This document shows, in pieces, positions 61,780 to 64,000 of a stretch of 64,000 nucleotides of DNA; within the stretch, counting starts at the first letter, position 1; the number at the start of each line of letters is the position of its first letter. A program made the translations under genes and the position numbers. The notes beneath the pieces were generated by a model that saw only the letters and a list, made by a program, of their open reading frames with translations, searched no databases and was not told the DNA's origin. Origin of the DNA: an uncultured virus (IMG/VR IMGVR_UViG_3300043256_000464) (lineage: Duplodnaviria > Heunggongvirae > Uroviricota > Caudoviricetes); the IMG/VR virus record IMGVR_UViG_3300043256_000464; one strand, written 5' to 3'.

Positions 61780-62715
61780 TCAGCTCCCGGCTTCAATCTC
61801 GCGGCATCCTTCGGCCAGATCTTCCAGCCACTCCAAATCACCCTCGGGTAATCTGAGATGATCGTGGTTGCCAATAATATAATACACGCAGTTCATGATA
61901 ATGTCGGTTGTTCTCTTCCTAGACGTAAAATCTGCTTGTCCCCGTTTCATTCCAGATTCAATTTTGCATTCCTTATATCTATCATATTCAATTTTAAGAG
62001 GACCGCCATGTTTAATGATTCCATCTGGAACGACTTGAACCCAGAGGCTTTTCACATATGAATTGTGATTAGCCTGAACACCTTTCTTGCGTTTTTTCCA
62101 TTTACCACCGCATACACCAGCATAGGAACGCGAATTTCCAAGCGTAGGTCTTCTGCTGGTCTTGGGATGTAACCGGAATGCTTTAACAATATGAAGGATT
62201 CTAAACAGACTCGCGGGGCCTAAACCGGGGATATCATCGCAAAGATGCACAATGCCAGGATGTGTTTTTCGTGCCAAGCCCACAACTCTCCGTCGCAATC
62301 TATCGCGTGCTTTTGATGGCCCATCCACGAGAAGTTGGACATATTCCTCCGGCATACCATTCCTTACAAGATGCGATGCCTGCCCCTTACGACGATTCGA
62401 ATCTTTGCTAAGAGCCGTCTCTATTCGTACCATTACCCAAAGCTCATCTATGTCATTGGGCTTATAAAGAGAACCATAATTGGGAGCATCGGAGAGCTTG
62501 CCTTCAAATCGATGGGTGCCGATAAAATCACCCGATTTTTCTGGAGGATTGCAATCTGGACAAGACCAAAGAATGTTATCTTCCTCAGATCCACCACTAG
62601 CTTGCCGGGGGATAATATGAGCTTTCTGACCATATGCCAATTCGCATTTGATTCCACAAGATTGGCAAATGCCTTTGTCGCGTTTGTATATTTCTTCTCG
62701 TGTATTTTTATTCAT
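61780..62715 (-). CDS. HNH nuclease fused to Nop/IS110-like domain (TasH-like)
   Basis: RDKGICQSCG...HIIP..GG...N...CPDCN, then IPGLGP...SYAGV...KRKKG...YDRYKE...RKRTT. Confidence 0.75.
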   Translation of the reverse strand: MNKNTREEIYKRDKGICQSCGIKCELAYGQKAHIIPRQASGGSEEDNILWSCPDCNPPEKSGDFIGTHRFEGKLSDAPNYGSLYKPNDIDELWVMVRIETALSKDSNRRKGQASHLVRNGMPEEYVQLLVDGPSKARDRLRRRVVGLARKTHPGIVHLCDDIPGLGPASLFRILHIVKAFRLHPKTSRRPTLGNSRSYAGVCGGKWKKRKKGVQANHNSYVKSLWVQVVPDGIIKHGGPLKIEYDRYKECKIESGMKRGQADFTSRKRTTDIIMNCVYYIIGNHDHLRLPEGDLEWLEDLAEGCREIEAGS

Positions 62716-62727
62716 TTACGATGACAA

Positions 62728-62783
62728 GGGCGCGGCAGAGGAAGGCACGGGTAATCATTGGATCTATGGGTATTGCCGCGCCC
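62728..62783 (-). ncRNA. Single stem-loop tigRNA-like unit
   Basis: 10-bp stem GGGCGCGGCA/TGCCGCGCCC enclosing CCA-TAGATCCAA-TGATTACCCG-TGCCTTCCTC-TG. Confidence 0.65.
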
Positions 62784-62801
62784 GTTACATTCTAAGCTAA
62801 A

Positions 62802-63773
62802 TCAAGGAGATTTGCCTAGTTCAGACTTCACCATAATCTCAACCAACTCCTCAAAACTGGTCTTGGGCATCCATCCCAACTTCTTACGCGCTTTGCTTGC
62901 ATCACCACAAAGTTCCCGAACTTCGGCGGGGCGTTTTAGGGCTTCACTATCCCATTCGACTTGAGAACGACTTTTACCAACATGCGCCAAAGCCAAATCC
63001 AAGAATTCTCCAACCGAGTGCGTTTCCCCAGTCGCAATCACATAATCATCTGGTTCGTCCTGCTGAAGCATCAACCACATCGCTTCAACATAATCAGGCG
63101 CGTAGCCCCAATCTCGTTTTGCATCAAGCGACCCAAGCTCAAGCGTTTTGCCTGTTCGTTTGATCCGAACCACGCCTTGGGCAATTTTCCGAGTCACAAA
63201 TTCTATTCCCCTTCTTTCGGATTCGTGATTGTACATAATTCCGCCAACCACAAACATCCCAAACGACTCTCGGTAAATATTGACAAGCCGATGCGATGCT
63301 AACTTGGATAAACCATATGGTGAACATGGAGTCATGCGAGTTTCTTCATTTTGAGGTAGAGGTTGGTTTCCGTACATCTCTGATGAGGAGGCTTGATAAA
63401 TGCGTGGAAGCGCACGACCTTTAATTTGACGACAAACATCAAGTAGTTTCAGAAAGCCGAGAAAATTGACCTCGTTGGTGTGTATAGCTTGATTCCATGA
63501 AGCACCAACGAATGACTGGGCGGCCAAATTATAGATTTCTGTGGGATGAGCGGTTTCTATAACATGTCTCAATGAACCACTGTCTGTCATCTCCCCCTCA
63601 ACTAGCTTGAAAGACTGGTTGTTTAGAATGCTAGCTAGATTTCCAAGGTGCTTAAGGGATCGATGACGGATCATGCCTATGACTTGGTAGTTTTTAACTA
63701 GGAGAAATTTTGCGAGGTAAGAACCATCCTGGCCTGCTACGCCCGTAACAAGTGCCACTTTGTTCGTCGGCAT
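62802..63773 (-). CDS. gmd: GDP-mannose 4,6-dehydratase
   Basis: ALVTGVAGQDGSYLA, YNLAAQSFV, YQASSSEMYG, NHESERRG, RDWGYA. Confidence 0.92.
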   Translation of the reverse strand: MPTNKVALVTGVAGQDGSYLAKFLLVKNYQVIGMIRHRSLKHLGNLASILNNQSFKLVEGEMTDSGSLRHVIETAHPTEIYNLAAQSFVGASWNQAIHTNEVNFLGFLKLLDVCRQIKGRALPRIYQASSSEMYGNQPLPQNEETRMTPCSPYGLSKLASHRLVNIYRESFGMFVVGGIMYNHESERRGIEFVTRKIAQGVVRIKRTGKTLELGSLDAKRDWGYAPDYVEAMWLMLQQDEPDDYVIATGETHSVGEFLDLALAHVGKSRSQVEWDSEALKRPAEVRELCGDASKARKKLGWMPKTSFEELVEIMVKSELGKSP

Positions 63774-63883
63774 GTATGTTCTCCAAATAAATGGGTGACT
63801 AAATACAATTGAGTTTAGCATTAATAAGGAAGTCCCACAACTACGGCGAAGACAGCCATGCCCTATATGGTACACTTTAACCT

Positions 63884-64000
63884 ATGACTCAAACAGACGC
63901 CATTGAGCAGGCCGTCAAGGAGATCAAAAAATGGGGCCCACGACGCGTCTTGATTGACAAAGAAGGTAAATCCACTACCCCCGAAAGAGCCAACAGACTT
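63884..64000 (+). CDS. Partial divergent ORF, possibly leaderless
   Basis: TGGTACACT extended -10 ending 7 nt before ATG; open to the window end. Confidence 0.35.
   Translation, partial: MTQTDAIEQAVKEIKKWGPRRVLIDKEGKSTTPERANRL

Overview
Fragment of a large tailed-phage (or prophage) genome with almost all genes on the minus strand. It contains terminase small and large subunits, a portal-MuF fusion, a 2026-aa multi-domain head-associated protein, two tRNAs, a DNA sliding clamp, ChaB/protease/scaffold/major capsid genes, a ~14 kb sugar-biosynthesis and glycosyltransferase cluster (rfbF/G/H-like), and many small accessory genes. The main observation is a TIGR-Tas-like RNA-guided locus at 21.4-24.0 kb. 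About 27 units of 36-38 nt, each with two 9-nt variable segments bounded by CCA...TG motifs, are split into arrays interleaved with a ParB-like gene and a nuclease-less IS110/Nop-domain gene. Neighbouring edge repeats are kept mutually complementary by three different sequence solutions. A second Nop-domain gene fused to HNH (61.8-62.7 kb) has a single stem-loop guide-like unit just upstream. All calls come from reading motifs by eye; no database searches were run.
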